64,000 nucleotides of DNA, taken from Octopus sinensis. Lineage: Eukaryota. A program made the translations under genes and the position numbers. The notes under the pieces were generated by a model. That model was not told the DNA's origin. It saw only the letters and a program-made list of their open reading frames with translations, and did no database searches. The stretch is taken from positions 26,660,001 to 26,724,000 of the forward strand of contig NC_043013.1 of NCBI RefSeq assembly GCF_006345805.1, given 5' to 3'. This document shows, in pieces, positions 52,041 through 64,000 of the stretch (position 1 is its first letter; each line of letters starts with the position of its first letter).

Positions 52041-52819
52041 AACTTCTCTATTTTAGAATATGGAACACATTCAGTGCGGGACTTTTGTCTCAAAGAATAA
52101 TTGCTCCTTACAGACATTGTATGTCAAAAGCTGGGCTCTGTGTGATGTCAATGCAATTTGGAGGGATTCTACCTCCCCAGTTGCAAACAATGTTTCAGAA
52201 AACCTCAGCCTGATTCATGTATCTAAAAAACAAAAAAAAACCCCATTTGTTTTGAGGTATTTTCAAGCTGCAATAAATTTTTGATACGCACTCAAAGCAA
52301 CAACAATGGTAATAATGATGTGTACATTTATATTTAACCTACTCCTGTACACTAGAATGTGGAAGACATTTGCTGCAGGACTTTTGTCTCAGAGAAAATT
52401 TTCTCCTTATGTAAAAACGCAAGCCAGACAATGAATAATATCAGTTGACTGTCAGATGTGTGTAAAATATAAATGAATACATTGTTATCTTAATCAACAC
52501 TGCTTCATTTGCTTATTAGAAATTATTTACAGCTTGGCAAAGCTTCAGTACACATCAGCAAATGTATTTTTTGCTGTTGACAGATAGAAATAGAAGTTTT
52601 GACAAGGTTGTGAATGAATAAAATGGTTGTTTAACATAGAAGAAGAGTAATCATGCTTAAAACACGTGTTTGGTTGTCTATTGATGTTGTTCAGAATCCA
52701 GCTTGATGTGCTTTTACAAACAACATGTGTAAGGAGTAATTTTTCCCCAAGTTAAGAGTCCTACAGTAAACATCTTTCACATTCTAATATACTTGTGCAT
52801 GTCAAATATAAATGGACAT

Positions 52820-53598
52820 AGAGTTATAAGAATGATGAAAGTTTGACTCCCTTAAAGTTTGAAGTCGGTAAAATTCGGAGTATGTGAATAGTAAAGATTG
52901 TGCCTATAATAACTGGCACATTAGGAGCACTAAGTAAAGATATAGACAAATGGCTGAAGGAAACTGAAATAGAAAGCCTGGTAGAGCTCCTACAGAAAGT
53001 TTGTCTCTTAGGGACTACAAGGATCATGAGAAGCACCTGAAAACTGGATACTTAAGGTTACAGGCAGTAACCTGCTATCCACATAATTCCTGCCAGGAAT
53101 AAGACAGAACCTGAACCAAACCAAAATAATAATAATAATAATAAAAAGCTAATAAACCAGATATTGTTGTGAAAGTCTGTTTACTGATTGACATGAGCAT
53201 ACCCTGAAATCGTAATATTTTGGCAAAAAGAATTTGATAAGCTCAAAAAATATAAAGATTTGCTAATCGAAATTGAAAAGACATGGCATCTCAAGATGGT
53301 TACAATACCAGTGATTATAGGAGCATCAAAAAGGAACTGAAAATTATGCGAATTTTCTTTCCTTTTTTCCCCTTTATTTTCTTTGTTTACTTTATTCATT
53401 TTTTCTTTTTTCCTTTTTCTCTCTCTTTTTCTTTCCCTTTTTCTCTATCACATAATTTTGTAAATGAACAATTGGGTATCTTTATTTTAATGTCCCACCA
53501 ATGTATACTGTGAGTTTCTCTGCCCAAGGTGTCAGGAATACACTCGGCAAGAAATGGGAACAGAATTCAAAAATGATGATGATGATGAGAAGGAGGAT

Positions 53599-53655
<57 letters not shown>

Positions 53656-54140
53656 TCTTTCTACTACAGGCACAAGGCCTGAAATTTGAGTGGTGGGAGA
53701 CCAGTCAATTACATCAACCCCAGTGCTCCACTGGTTCCTGAAAGGATGAAAAGTCAACCTTGGTGGAATTTGAAATCAGAACATAAAGATAGACGAAATG
53801 TTTTAACAATTCTGCCAGTTCACTACCTTAGATATAATAATGTTTATAATAGCTTATTACACTACTACTAATAATACTTTGCAAAACCATATAATAATAG
53901 ATTAGATACCAAAGAAATTGAGAAAATTGAGGAATATCAAGACCTTACCAAAGAGATGAAGAGACTGAGGAAGATCAAATTGACAATTATTCCTGTGGTA
54001 ATTGATGTAATTGGCACAGCGTCCAAACTGCTACCTAAGAAGCTACATGGTTTAGAATTAAGACTGACATTGTTGATTTGCTGTTAGGTGTGGTCTTCTA
54101 TTCCACAAAAACCCTAAGAAATATTCTTGAGATTTGAGGA
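52820..54140 (+). mobile_element. Three R4/Dong-type LINE 3' fragments (52820-53125, 53146-53335, 53880-54140) associated with (TAA)n, with a minus-strand family B SINE at 53655-53830
   Basis: IVPIITGTLGAL..LLQKVCLLGTTRI; NKPDIVV..KLKKYKDLLIEIEKTWHLK..IPVIIGA; EKIEEYQDLTKEMKRL..IIPVVI. Confidence 0.8.
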
Positions 54141-54460
54141 GACTGGTTTTCACCCAACCTGAAAACATCCCTGCTGGATAATATAATATGTAATAGTTTT
54201 GATAATTTTATTGATCTTTTCTTTAATAACCAGAAGGATTAGAAGAGATAAAATAAAATACAGAACTTTCATGAAGAGTTACATGAGAAAAGAGAAGAGG
54301 AAGATGATATGGAGTGCAAAAGACATTTACAAATAATGATGGGAAGGGATGAAAGACGTTATAGAATGTATAGAAAGATATATTAAGATTTTAAAAGTAC
54401 ACACATATATACATATATATGTATGTATTGTTATGTATATACATATATGTATAATTAATT

Positions 54461-55085
54461 AATAAGGGTGAGAGAATTAGATACTAATTTAATAGTATAT
54501 CTATTCCACACCAAGTGGCCCAGTGCCTCGAGAAACCTGGATTATTATAATATTTTATAATATATTATAGTATTTATACAAAAATAAATATAAGAGAATG
54601 GTCACTATGTGGCTCATTCTAGCACTAGCAAATCCAAAAGGTTTCAACCACAAAAATACATGTTTCGCATGAAAGTCAGTACGATTGTTAGCTCACACGA
54701 ACAGGGCAAATAAAAAATAACAAAAATACAGATTATTTTGGGACAATTGTTTCGCTATTAATGAATTAAATGTAATTTTACTTACAAAAAACCACTTGTA
54801 GCTCCTCAGCCAAAACTATCTGGATGAAATCCACTCAATCACACGCCAGATTTTACCATAACGATAAATACACGTGTGGTTCAATTGATTACATCCGACG
54901 TTATAATTCAAATGCCCTTACCAATAAGGGTGAGAGAATTAGATACTAATTTAATAGTATATCTATTCCACACCAAGTGGCCCAGTGCCTCGAGAAACCT
55001 GGATTATTATAATATTTTATAATATATTATAATATTAGTGCTAGAATGAGCCACATAGTGACCATTCTCTTATATTTATTTTTAT
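54461..55085 (-). mobile_element. Penelope-like terminal-repeat structure: 109-bp direct repeat, 48-bp inverted repeat and hammerhead
   Basis: 54461-54569 appears identical to 54923-55031; 54580-54627 is inverted at about 55036-55083; flanked by TA-rich microsatellites. Confidence 0.7.
54736..54815 (-). ncRNA. Minimal type I hammerhead ribozyme with canonical core
   Basis: ttttgg-CTGAGGA-gcta..(41-nt loop)..tagc-GAAA-caattg-TC-ccaaaa; GUC triplet; palindromic ACAATTGT. Confidence 0.8.
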
Positions 55086-55109
55086 ATACATATATGTATA
55101 TATATATAT

Positions 55110-55227
<118 letters not shown>

Positions 55228-56299
55228 TAGATAGATACAGACCTCTAGTCTTAGATTTATTAGTTGATAAAAAGACAAATAAATTAGAAATGAACCACAA
55301 TCCTTTGCAAGCTATGACCCCAGTGGGCTTCATGCCATTCTTGGAAGTGTAGTCTATTCTTAGCTACAATAGCAACAATGTGAATTTCTTCCATCTTTTT
55401 TGCTCTGTTAAAGTATTTGAGAAAAATTATATTAGTGTGTCCAACTGGTTAAAATTCTATTTATTTGTGCAGCTGATGATAGCCCTGCATTTAAATTGAT
55501 GTAATGATTGCATTATTCAACCAAATGGAGCCACTTGAAACAGTTGTAGTGCATCACTTCTTGATATTATGTTGCTTACTTTGATTATATATATATATAT
55601 ATATTTATATACATATGTATGTATATATACCTCACACACATACATATTTGCATGGAAAAAATTAAAAAAGTAAAAATTAATAAGACACAAATTTATTAAA
55701 ATAAAATGTAATTTAAAGAAATATGACATGAAAGGCTTTCTGGCTAGGCTGAGTACTCCACAACATTGTTTGCTTAACCAGTTCACAAACTATACTTCAC
55801 AACAATCAAACACACTTGTAATCATCTTTTCGAGACAGTCACTGCTGAAAAACACCAGCATTAAGGATATTCTCTCTTTTCAAAGTTTGGAATCATGTTT
55901 TAATTTTAATTTTACTAGCAATATATCTTTTGAATGTAGTTTATATTTTATATTTCTAACCTAATTGTTTATATGTCATTCCAACTACTTTAGAGAGTCT
56001 GTGGCACCAGAGTTGCCTAATTTTGTCTATTAAGTGTTTGTTTGATTTTGAAGAATGATTGGTCATCATTTATCTTCCTCCTCAGCATTTTCTTTGTCAT
56101 TTTCCTAAGGAGGAATTTCATTGTCATTTAGAAGTTGTTTCTCCTCACTTAATTTTGTTTTGCTTTGTTTTTAAGTGATTTTTCCCTCCTTTTCCCTTTT
56201 CCTTTTCATCTGTAATTATTTCTTCCTCATCATATGATGAAAGTGTCATACTACATGTTACTACTGTTGGAGGATACAATTATACTCATCTATTTGCGA

Positions 56300-56700
56300 T
56301 TATGAGCCTAAAATATTTGCTTTACCATTCCAAGTGTTTTGATTAGTGGTGCCTTTGTGACTGGCATTTGTTGTTCTTTCTGTTGTTACTGCTACTCTTC
56401 ATTATTTTGAAAGCATCCAGCTCTAAGGAGTGTTTTACTCTGACAAACATAAGACCTTGCCTTTCTCGCCATATCATCAATTGCATGCTCTTTGCTTCTG
56501 CATCTTCCACTGGACACAGTTTTGATATTTCTCTGTGACCTTCAGGGGTTATTAGGACTTGCAAGTACATTTTGATATTTTCTTTCTATAAGCCTGCTTT
56601 GACTACTCTCTCATAATGTCATTCAAAAATGACTACAAGCCATGGACGTAATTCTTATGTTTCTTTGATCCATGTACTGAGCTACAGAATACTTGTCAGA
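56300..56700 (-). pseudogene. Possible piggyBac-like transposase C-terminal remnant
   Basis: SGRCRSKE..RKARSYVCQS..LRAGCFQ loosely resembles the piggyBac Cys-rich domain; adjacent TTAA-flanked MITEs. Confidence 0.3.
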
Positions 56701-56853
56701 GATATGACTGACAATTTTAACCTGTGTTTTGGTTGCATCTGCAGTTTTAAAGGTATAACAAATAGCACCATAGTTTTTGCTTTTCTGGATGAGATAGTTT
56801 GTCATGAGATAATTTGTCATATGTCCAAGGGAGTTTGTTGAAGGGAAATTTAA

Positions 56854-57043
56854 CCCTTTCGTTACTGTATTTATTTTGAGATGCTTTAAATATAACAAAG
56901 AAATTAGTAAAATAACTTAGTTATCATGAAGCTAGTGTTAGGAAATTGTGACTAAGGTTTTGGTGGAAGATTTTAATTAAAAACTTATGAAAACAAGACA
57001 TTTGCATTACAGAGCGGTCTCAGCCAGGTTGATATCAAAAGGG
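56854..57043. mobile_element. piggyBac-type MITE, copy 1
   Basis: TTAA|ccctttc...aaaaggg|TTAA. Confidence 0.8.
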
Positions 57044-57074
57044 TTAAGAATTGTTTCTCTATTATATATTTTAA

Positions 57075-57293
57075 CCCTTTTCTTACCATATTTCTGTTGA
57101 GATGCTCTGTGTTTCTTTCAGTTACTTTAAATATAACAAAGAATTTAGTAAAATAACTTTGTTATCATTAAGCTATTGTTAGGAACATAAATTCTGACTA
57201 AGGTTTGGTGGAAAATTTTAATTCAGAACTTATGAAAACAAGACATTTGTACTACGGAGACAGAGCTGGTTTCAGCTGGGTTGGTCGAAAGGG
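57075..57293. mobile_element. piggyBac-type MITE, copy 2
   Basis: TTAA|ccctttt...gaaaggg|TTAA; internal sequence homologous to copy 1. Confidence 0.8.
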
Positions 57294-57409
57294 TTAATTC
57301 ACTTCCATCTTTTCGTTAGCAGAGGTAAATCATTTTTCTTATTTAAAATGGCTGGGTGTGCTTTGAGGGAAGTTTCACTACTATTATGACTAATATTAAT
57401 GCACTGACA

Positions 57410-57625
57410 GCAAACTGGCTAAATCATTACCATACACTGAATAAAATTCATAGCTTCATTTTTTTCTGGCTTCATCTTCTGAATTCAAATTCCACTGAGG
57501 TTGACTTTACTTTTCATCTGTTTAGGGTCAATAAAATAAATACCAGTTGAACACGAGGGTTGATGTGCTTGACTACCACCCTCACCCTAAATTGCTGGCC
57601 TTGTGCCCAACTTTGAAACCATTAT
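57410..57625 (+). mobile_element. Family B SINE, diverged
   Basis: ttctgaattcaaattccactgaggttgactttac...aaattgctggccttgtgcccaactttgaaaccattatt. Confidence 0.7.
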
Positions 57626-58310
57626 TATTGTTGTTGTTGTTATATAACAATCCAAAATGGTGCTAAGCAATCTTGCTTCACTATGTTATATGGATGTTAG
57701 CCTTCTTTATCAATTTTCTCCCATTTGTTTTTCAGTTATTTTCCCCCCCATCTCTTTTATTCCTTTCACTCCCCCGCTCATCCCTTAACCTTCTCCACGC
57801 AGGCTTCCCCCACAACATATCCCCTTTATTTCCTACCTCCATCCCCAAACTTACCATGTCAATATCCTGAATTCTCAAAAAAACATTTCACTTAGAATAT
57901 ATACGCACATACATTACCCCCACCCCCATCCACCACCACAAAAAACAATCACGATGCCTCCCCATCCTTCCATCTTTTTATCCCCATCATCTCGCTTATA
58001 GTTGTACTGTAGCAATTCAGGTAAAAAAAATGTCCTAAAATACTTGGAAAAACACTTATTGCAAACGCCTTACACGCACACAAACATGCACACACATATA
58101 TATATAATATATATATATATTATATATATGTGTGTGTGTATGTATATATATATGTGCGTGTGTGTGCATGTGTATATACATATGTATGAATGTATGTATG
58201 TATGTATGTATGTATGTATATATATATATTTGTAATCACATGTATATATGCAAGTATGTCTGTGATTATATATATATGCATGTATACATACATGCATATG
58301 CAGACATGCA

Positions 58311-58347
<37 letters not shown>

Positions 58348-59091
58348 TTTAATAGAAGTTTCTCTCTCTCTCAGCACCCACTTTCTCTACCTAAACTCCA
58401 TCTCATCCCATTGCTCATATTCAATACCGTCACCCCTCCCCCTTCCTCAATTCTCTTCCCCATTCTTCCTTTCCCTCTCTATCACTTTCAATTTCCCTCC
58501 TACTTGTATATATCAATCATAATTTTATTCGCTGTTTTATTTTTCAGTTGTCATTCTAACATTTTTCTTATATAAATTTCAGTAGGATATTTTTTTTTTA
58601 TAGGATCTTATATATTTCTTTATGCATTATTTTTCTTTTACATGCATAGTCATTTTTTTTTTAAAACAAAAAAAAACACAAACAGAATAATGTGTTTGTT
58701 TATGTGCTTAGCTAAATGTTGCTTTTATGTGTGTCTGTGTGCCTGCACATATGTACATATATGTACGTGCATGTTTTGCACATACAAACATGCACACACT
58801 CACAGACACACAAACACACACATATATTCATGTATGTGCAAATGCTTGTATATACACTCATTTATGCCGAAGGATATGTGTACAAACCCATACGGCTGTA
58901 TACACAACACAGGCATATAAAATATGCGTGTAAATTTGCATCAGCATATATGTGTATATACATTTGTACATATATATGCATGCATGTATGTATGTATCTA
59001 TGTATGCATCTATGTATGTATGTATGTATGTATGTATGTATGTATGTATGTATGCATGTATGTATGTATGTATGTATATATAGATAGATAA

Positions 59092-59138
<47 letters not shown>

Positions 59139-59195
59139 TAGATATATAGATATATATCTAGCCATATCAATATATATTTATATATTGATATAGAT

Positions 59196-59420
59196 AGGGC
59201 AGCGAGCTGGCAGAATCGTTAGCACACCAGGCAAAATGCCTTGCAGTGTTTCGTCTGCTGTTACATTCTGAGTTCAAATTCCGCTGAGGTTGAGTTTGCC
59301 TTTAATCCATTCGGGGTCGATTAAATAAGTACCAGTTACCAACTGGGGGCGATGTATTTGACTTAATCCCTTTGTCTGTCCTTGTTTGTCCTCTCTATGT
59401 TTAGCCCTCTGTGAGCAATA
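59196..59420 (+). mobile_element. Family B SINE, well preserved
   Basis: gggcagcgagctggcagaatcgttagcacaccagg...tttagccctctgtgagcaataaa. Confidence 0.85.
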
Positions 59421-59489
59421 AATAAATAAATATTATTTATATATGTATGTATACAAACGCACACACAGACATATGTATATATATATATA

Positions 59490-61370
59490 TATCATCATCA
59501 TCATCATTCATTTAGCGTCCGTTTTCCATGCTAGCATGGGTTGGACGGTTCTACTGGGGTCTGTGAAGCCAGAAGGCTTCATCAGGCCCAGTCAAATCTG
59601 GCAGTGTTTCTACGGCTGGATGCCCTTCCTAACGCCAACCACTCCGTGAGTGTAGTGGGGCTTTTTTACGTGCCACCCGCACTGGTGCCAGACAGAGCTG
59701 GCAAAACGGCCACGAATGGATGGTGCTTTTTATGTGCCACCGGCACGAGGGCCAGGCAAGGCTGGCAACGGACACGAAACGGGGGGGCGGTGTGGCAACG
59801 GTCGCGAAACGGAAAGTTCTCTTACATGCCACCGGCACTGGTAACACATCTGCAATTTCCATGATCGATTTCCATTGATCGATTTCGATTCTGATCCTCA
59901 CTTGCCTCAATGGGTCTTCACAAGCAGAGTTTCGACATGCCACCGGCACTGGTAGCACATCCGCAATTTCCATTGATCGATTTCGATTCTGATCCTCACT
60001 TGCCTCAACACGTCTTCACAAGTAGAGTTTTGTGTCCCAAGAAGGGAAGGTATGCATACGTAGGCTGGCTCCATCCCATGTAGAAGGCCACGGGTTGTGG
60101 ACTCACTTGTCCTGCCGGGTCTTCTCGCGCACAGCGCACTTCAGAGGTCTTCGGTCTCTAGTCATTTCCTCAGTGAGACCTAAGTTCGAAGGTCGTGCTT
60201 CACCACCTTGTCCCAGGTTTTCCTGGGTCTGCCTCTTCCACAGGTTCCCTCAACCGCTAGGGTGTGGCACTTTTTCACACAACTATCTTCATCCATTCTC
60301 GCCACATGACCATACCAGCGCAAACGTCTCTCTTGCACACCACAACTGATGCTTCTTAGGTCCAGCTTTTCTCTCAAGGTACTTACACTCTGCCGAGTGT
60401 GAGTACTGGCATTACACATCCATCGGAGCATACTGGCTTCATTTCTAGCGAGCTTACGCATATCCTCAGCAGTCACGGCCCATGTTTCACTGCCATGTAG
60501 CATGGCTGTTCGTACACACGCATCATACAGTCTGCCTTTCACTCTGTGCGAGAGGCCTTTTGTCACCAGCAGAGGTAAGAGCTCTCTGAACTTTGCCCAA
60601 GCTATTCTTACTCTAGCAGTTACACTTTCAGCACACCCGCCCCCGCTGCTGACTTGTTCACCTAGGTAACGGAAACTATCCAAAACTATTTCTAGTTTTT
60701 CCCTGGAAAGTGACGGAAGTGGTCTCAGAGCATTTTCAGTGTTATTGTTCCTGAGCATCTGCCACATACAAAAACCATCTTCCTAGTTAGCCTTCCTTTG
60801 ACATTGCGCATCTCTTATGTGTCCATAGCTTACACTTGGTGCACCTTATAGAGTTTCTACCTACACCTTTTCTACAGATCAAGCAGGGCCATCTACCTGA
60901 AGGTGTTTGTGATTTGTCTACCTTCCTACTGATTACGACTTTGGTTTTAGCTAGATTGACTCTGAGGCCCTTCGATTCTAATCCTTGTTTCCACACCTGA
61001 AACTTCTCCTCCAGTTCTGATAGCGACTCAGCATTAGAGCAAGGTCATTCAGCATAGAGGAGCTCCCAAGGGCATCCTGTCTTGAATTCCTCCATTATTG
61101 CCTGGAGGACTAAGATAAATAGGAGGGGGCTGAGTACTGAGCCTTGGTGGACCCCTACCTCTACCCGGAATTCTTCACTGTACTCATTTCCAACCCTCAC
61201 CCTACTAGCGGCGCCCTATACATGGCCCACACAGCTCTCACTAACCATTCATCTATCCCTAGTTTCTCATTGCCCACCAGATAAGGGATCGGGGGACCCT
61301 GTCGAAGGCTTTCTCCATGTCAACAAAGCCAGGTACAGGGGCTTATCTTTGGTTAGGCTTATCTTTGGCT
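59490..61370 (-). mobile_element. Second 5'-truncated RTE-clade LINE
   Basis: Same RT motifs as 22201-23940 (FRYLGEQVSSGGGC, LYDACVRTAMLHGSETW, GRGRPRKTW); about 95-bp tandem duplication in the 3' UTR (about 59825-60030). Confidence 0.95.
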
Positions 61371-61488
61371 ATATATATATATTATATATATATATATACA
61401 CACATATATACACATATATATACATATACATACACATATATATTATATATATATATGTATATATATGTATGCGTAAATATATATATAT

Positions 61489-61538
<50 letters not shown>

Positions 61539-61847
61539 AAATAAGTATTTATATATAATATATGTATAAATAAGTATTTATATATATATATGTATGTATG
61601 TACATGTATATGCGTGTAGGTTTGACAATGCAAACAGGCTTTCTAACTAGTTTGATAAGTGCTAAAGCATGAAGCTCTCAGCATGCGATTCACTTTGTAA
61701 CTTCTAGCAATTATTCATGAATATATATCTATATAAGTATACATAGATATTTACATGTAATTTCCGTCAAGCTGTTCAACCCATGCCATCAAGGAAAACA
61801 GGCATTAAATGTTGTTGATGATGGTTTTTATATATCACATATCTATC

Positions 61848-61896
<49 letters not shown>

Positions 61897-61930
61897 AATC
61901 AATCTATCTGTCTATCTATCTATCTGTCTA

Positions 61931-61961
<31 letters not shown>

Positions 61962-61967
61962 ATACAT

Positions 61968-62019
<52 letters not shown>

Positions 62020-62125
62020 TTATATATATATATATGTTTTTTTAGAAAACCATAAAACGGAGAAGACACTTTAAGTCAGAGCAATCTATATTTATTTATA
62101 CTAGTGAAGACCATCTTTATAGGTC

Positions 62126-62161
<36 letters not shown>

Positions 62162-62412
62162 AAAATAAGACAAGATAGAAATGCTTAAATAATTTTATCA
62201 TGAAGAACATTTTAGTACTGGTTTTAGTCTTTGCAACTTAGAGTAAAACATGAAAACATTAAATTGTGGAAAAATGAAATGAAATGTTTTCTTAAAATAT
62301 TTCCATAGTTTTCAAATGCAAGAGACATTTTCCTTTTTCTGTCTGTTTCTGTCTCTTTTATTTCCTCATATTATATTATATATATATATATATATAATAT
62401 ATATATATTTTA

Positions 62413-62585
62413 TTATATAGAAGGAGCTTCTACAGGACTAGAACTGTTTCATTCAAGAGAAATCTTCAGGAAGCTAGTGAACAAGAATTGTATTGGCATT
62501 ATACATTTAGGCAGGTTAAAGGGGTGTTGGTGGGGGACTTTTGGGGGTAGGCATAGCGCAAAAAATCATACTTGGGGAGTGGTCA
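62413..62585 (-). mobile_element. Independent copy of the 28811 hammerhead-bearing repeat, flanked by TA-rich tracts
   Basis: Nearly identical to 28813-28990. Confidence 0.8.
62425..62475 (-). ncRNA. Type I hammerhead ribozyme motif (copy 3)
   Basis: Identical 51-nt motif to 28825-28875. Confidence 0.75.
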
Positions 62586-63249
62586 TGTATATATATGTAT
62601 ATATATGTATATATATGTATATATATATGTATATATATGTATATATATATATATGTGTATGTGAGTGTGTGTGTATACATGTGTGATGTGTATGTATGTA
62701 TGTATATGTATGCGTGTGCATGGGTATATGTATATGTACATATGCGCGTACGCTCGTGTGTTTATGTATGTGTAGGTACGTAGAGTTATCTATGTGTGTA
62801 GTTATATGTACATGTGTAAGTATGTGTATATATATGTAGGTATGTGTATGTATATGTATGTGTATGTATGTGTGTGTGTGTATATATCATATATATATAT
62901 ATCTATATAATATGTATGTAGGTGTGTATGTGTATATGTAGGTGTATGTGTGTATGTATATATTTATATGTATGTGTGTGTATGTATGTATGTGTATATA
63001 TATATATATCTTATATATATATCTATATATATATAATATATGTATAATATAATTTATATATATATAATCTATGTGTGTAAGTTTTATTATATGTATGTAT
63101 CCGTCTATATAATAGGTAACTGCACGTACATATACTTAATATTTATTTTTTGAGTATGCTGTATGAATAACTGCGCGTATATATATTTACTATTTACTTA
63201 TTTTTGAGTATGCATGTTAGTATGATATATATGTATATATATTGTAATA

Positions 63250-63300
<51 letters not shown>

Positions 63301-63427
63301 ATGTATATGTGTACATGTAGTATTTGTATGTAGGTGTACATGTATGTATGTGTGTGTATTTATTTTTATGGGTGTATATGTATAGACTAGCCTTCTAAGA
63401 GTGTAGACATGAATCTGTGGAGACGCG

Positions 63428-63471
<44 letters not shown>

Positions 63472-64000
63472 TATATATAATGTACATGTATTCTTTGTAT
63501 GTAGGTGTACATGTATGTGTGTGTATTTATATTTATTGCTGTATATGTATAGACTAGCCTTCTAAGAGTGTAGACATGAATCTGTAGGTACGCGTACGTA
63601 TGTGTATATACGTGAATGTATGTAGATGTATGTATGTATGAATATAACGCGTGCGTGCGTGTATGCGTATGAGTGTACGAATGAGTGAGTGTACGTGCTA
63701 AAGAGTGTGCGTGAGTGAATGAGTAATTGTTTTCCAGTAGACGGATAAATGGTCTGGCTGTCATAGCCAAGATGTTTGTGACCAAGCCGCCAAAGATAAC
63801 AAAAGTAATAACGAAGATAATAAAATTAAAATTAGGGAATGGGTCTGTATTTGTATATGTATATATATATGTGTGTGTGTAGGTATGCATGGGTACACAT
63901 ATGTATATATATGTGTATATATTAATGTGTATGTATATATATGTGTATATGTATGTGTATGTATGTATATATATGTGTATGTATGTGTATGTGTGGGTGT

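Noticed and set aside
52040-52410. Diverged ~60-bp direct repeats (52040-52110 vs 52335-52410; similarly 1800-1890 vs 2150-2240)
   Set aside because: Most simply decayed fragments of old repeats; no further structure is evident.
61655-61700. TTGATAA-gtgc taaa gcat-GAAG (U3:A8-like hammerhead) and a similar partial motif at about 62100-62130
   Set aside because: Stem I is absent and GAAA is altered or truncated; too degenerate to call from single copies.

Overview
AT-rich, repeat-saturated animal genomic DNA, very likely Octopus; this is inferred from the SINE and RTE families and the extreme microsatellite load. No intact protein-coding host gene can be supported, and almost all ORFs in the track are microsatellite read-throughs. 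The window contains: two decayed mariner transposases, a mariner 3'-end foldback MITE, a Tigger/pogo remnant and a near full-length Tc1-type element with DD36E spacing; piggyBac-type MITEs; two 5'-truncated RTE LINEs plus many RTE 3'-tail fragments; R4/Dong-type (RLE) LINE remnants; and at least four tRNA-derived SINE families. The main result of the hunt is a set of type I hammerhead-ribozyme folds read directly from the sequence in four unrelated non-coding repeat families. These families abut (TA)n tracts and two of them show Penelope-like direct/inverted terminal repeats; one fold has a compensatory G3:C8 core swap. Several (TA)n-centred inverted duplications up to about 1.9 kb are also present and may be real foldbacks or long-read/assembly artefacts. 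Most boundaries are approximate; those tied to TIRs, TSDs or ribozyme helices were counted explicitly.
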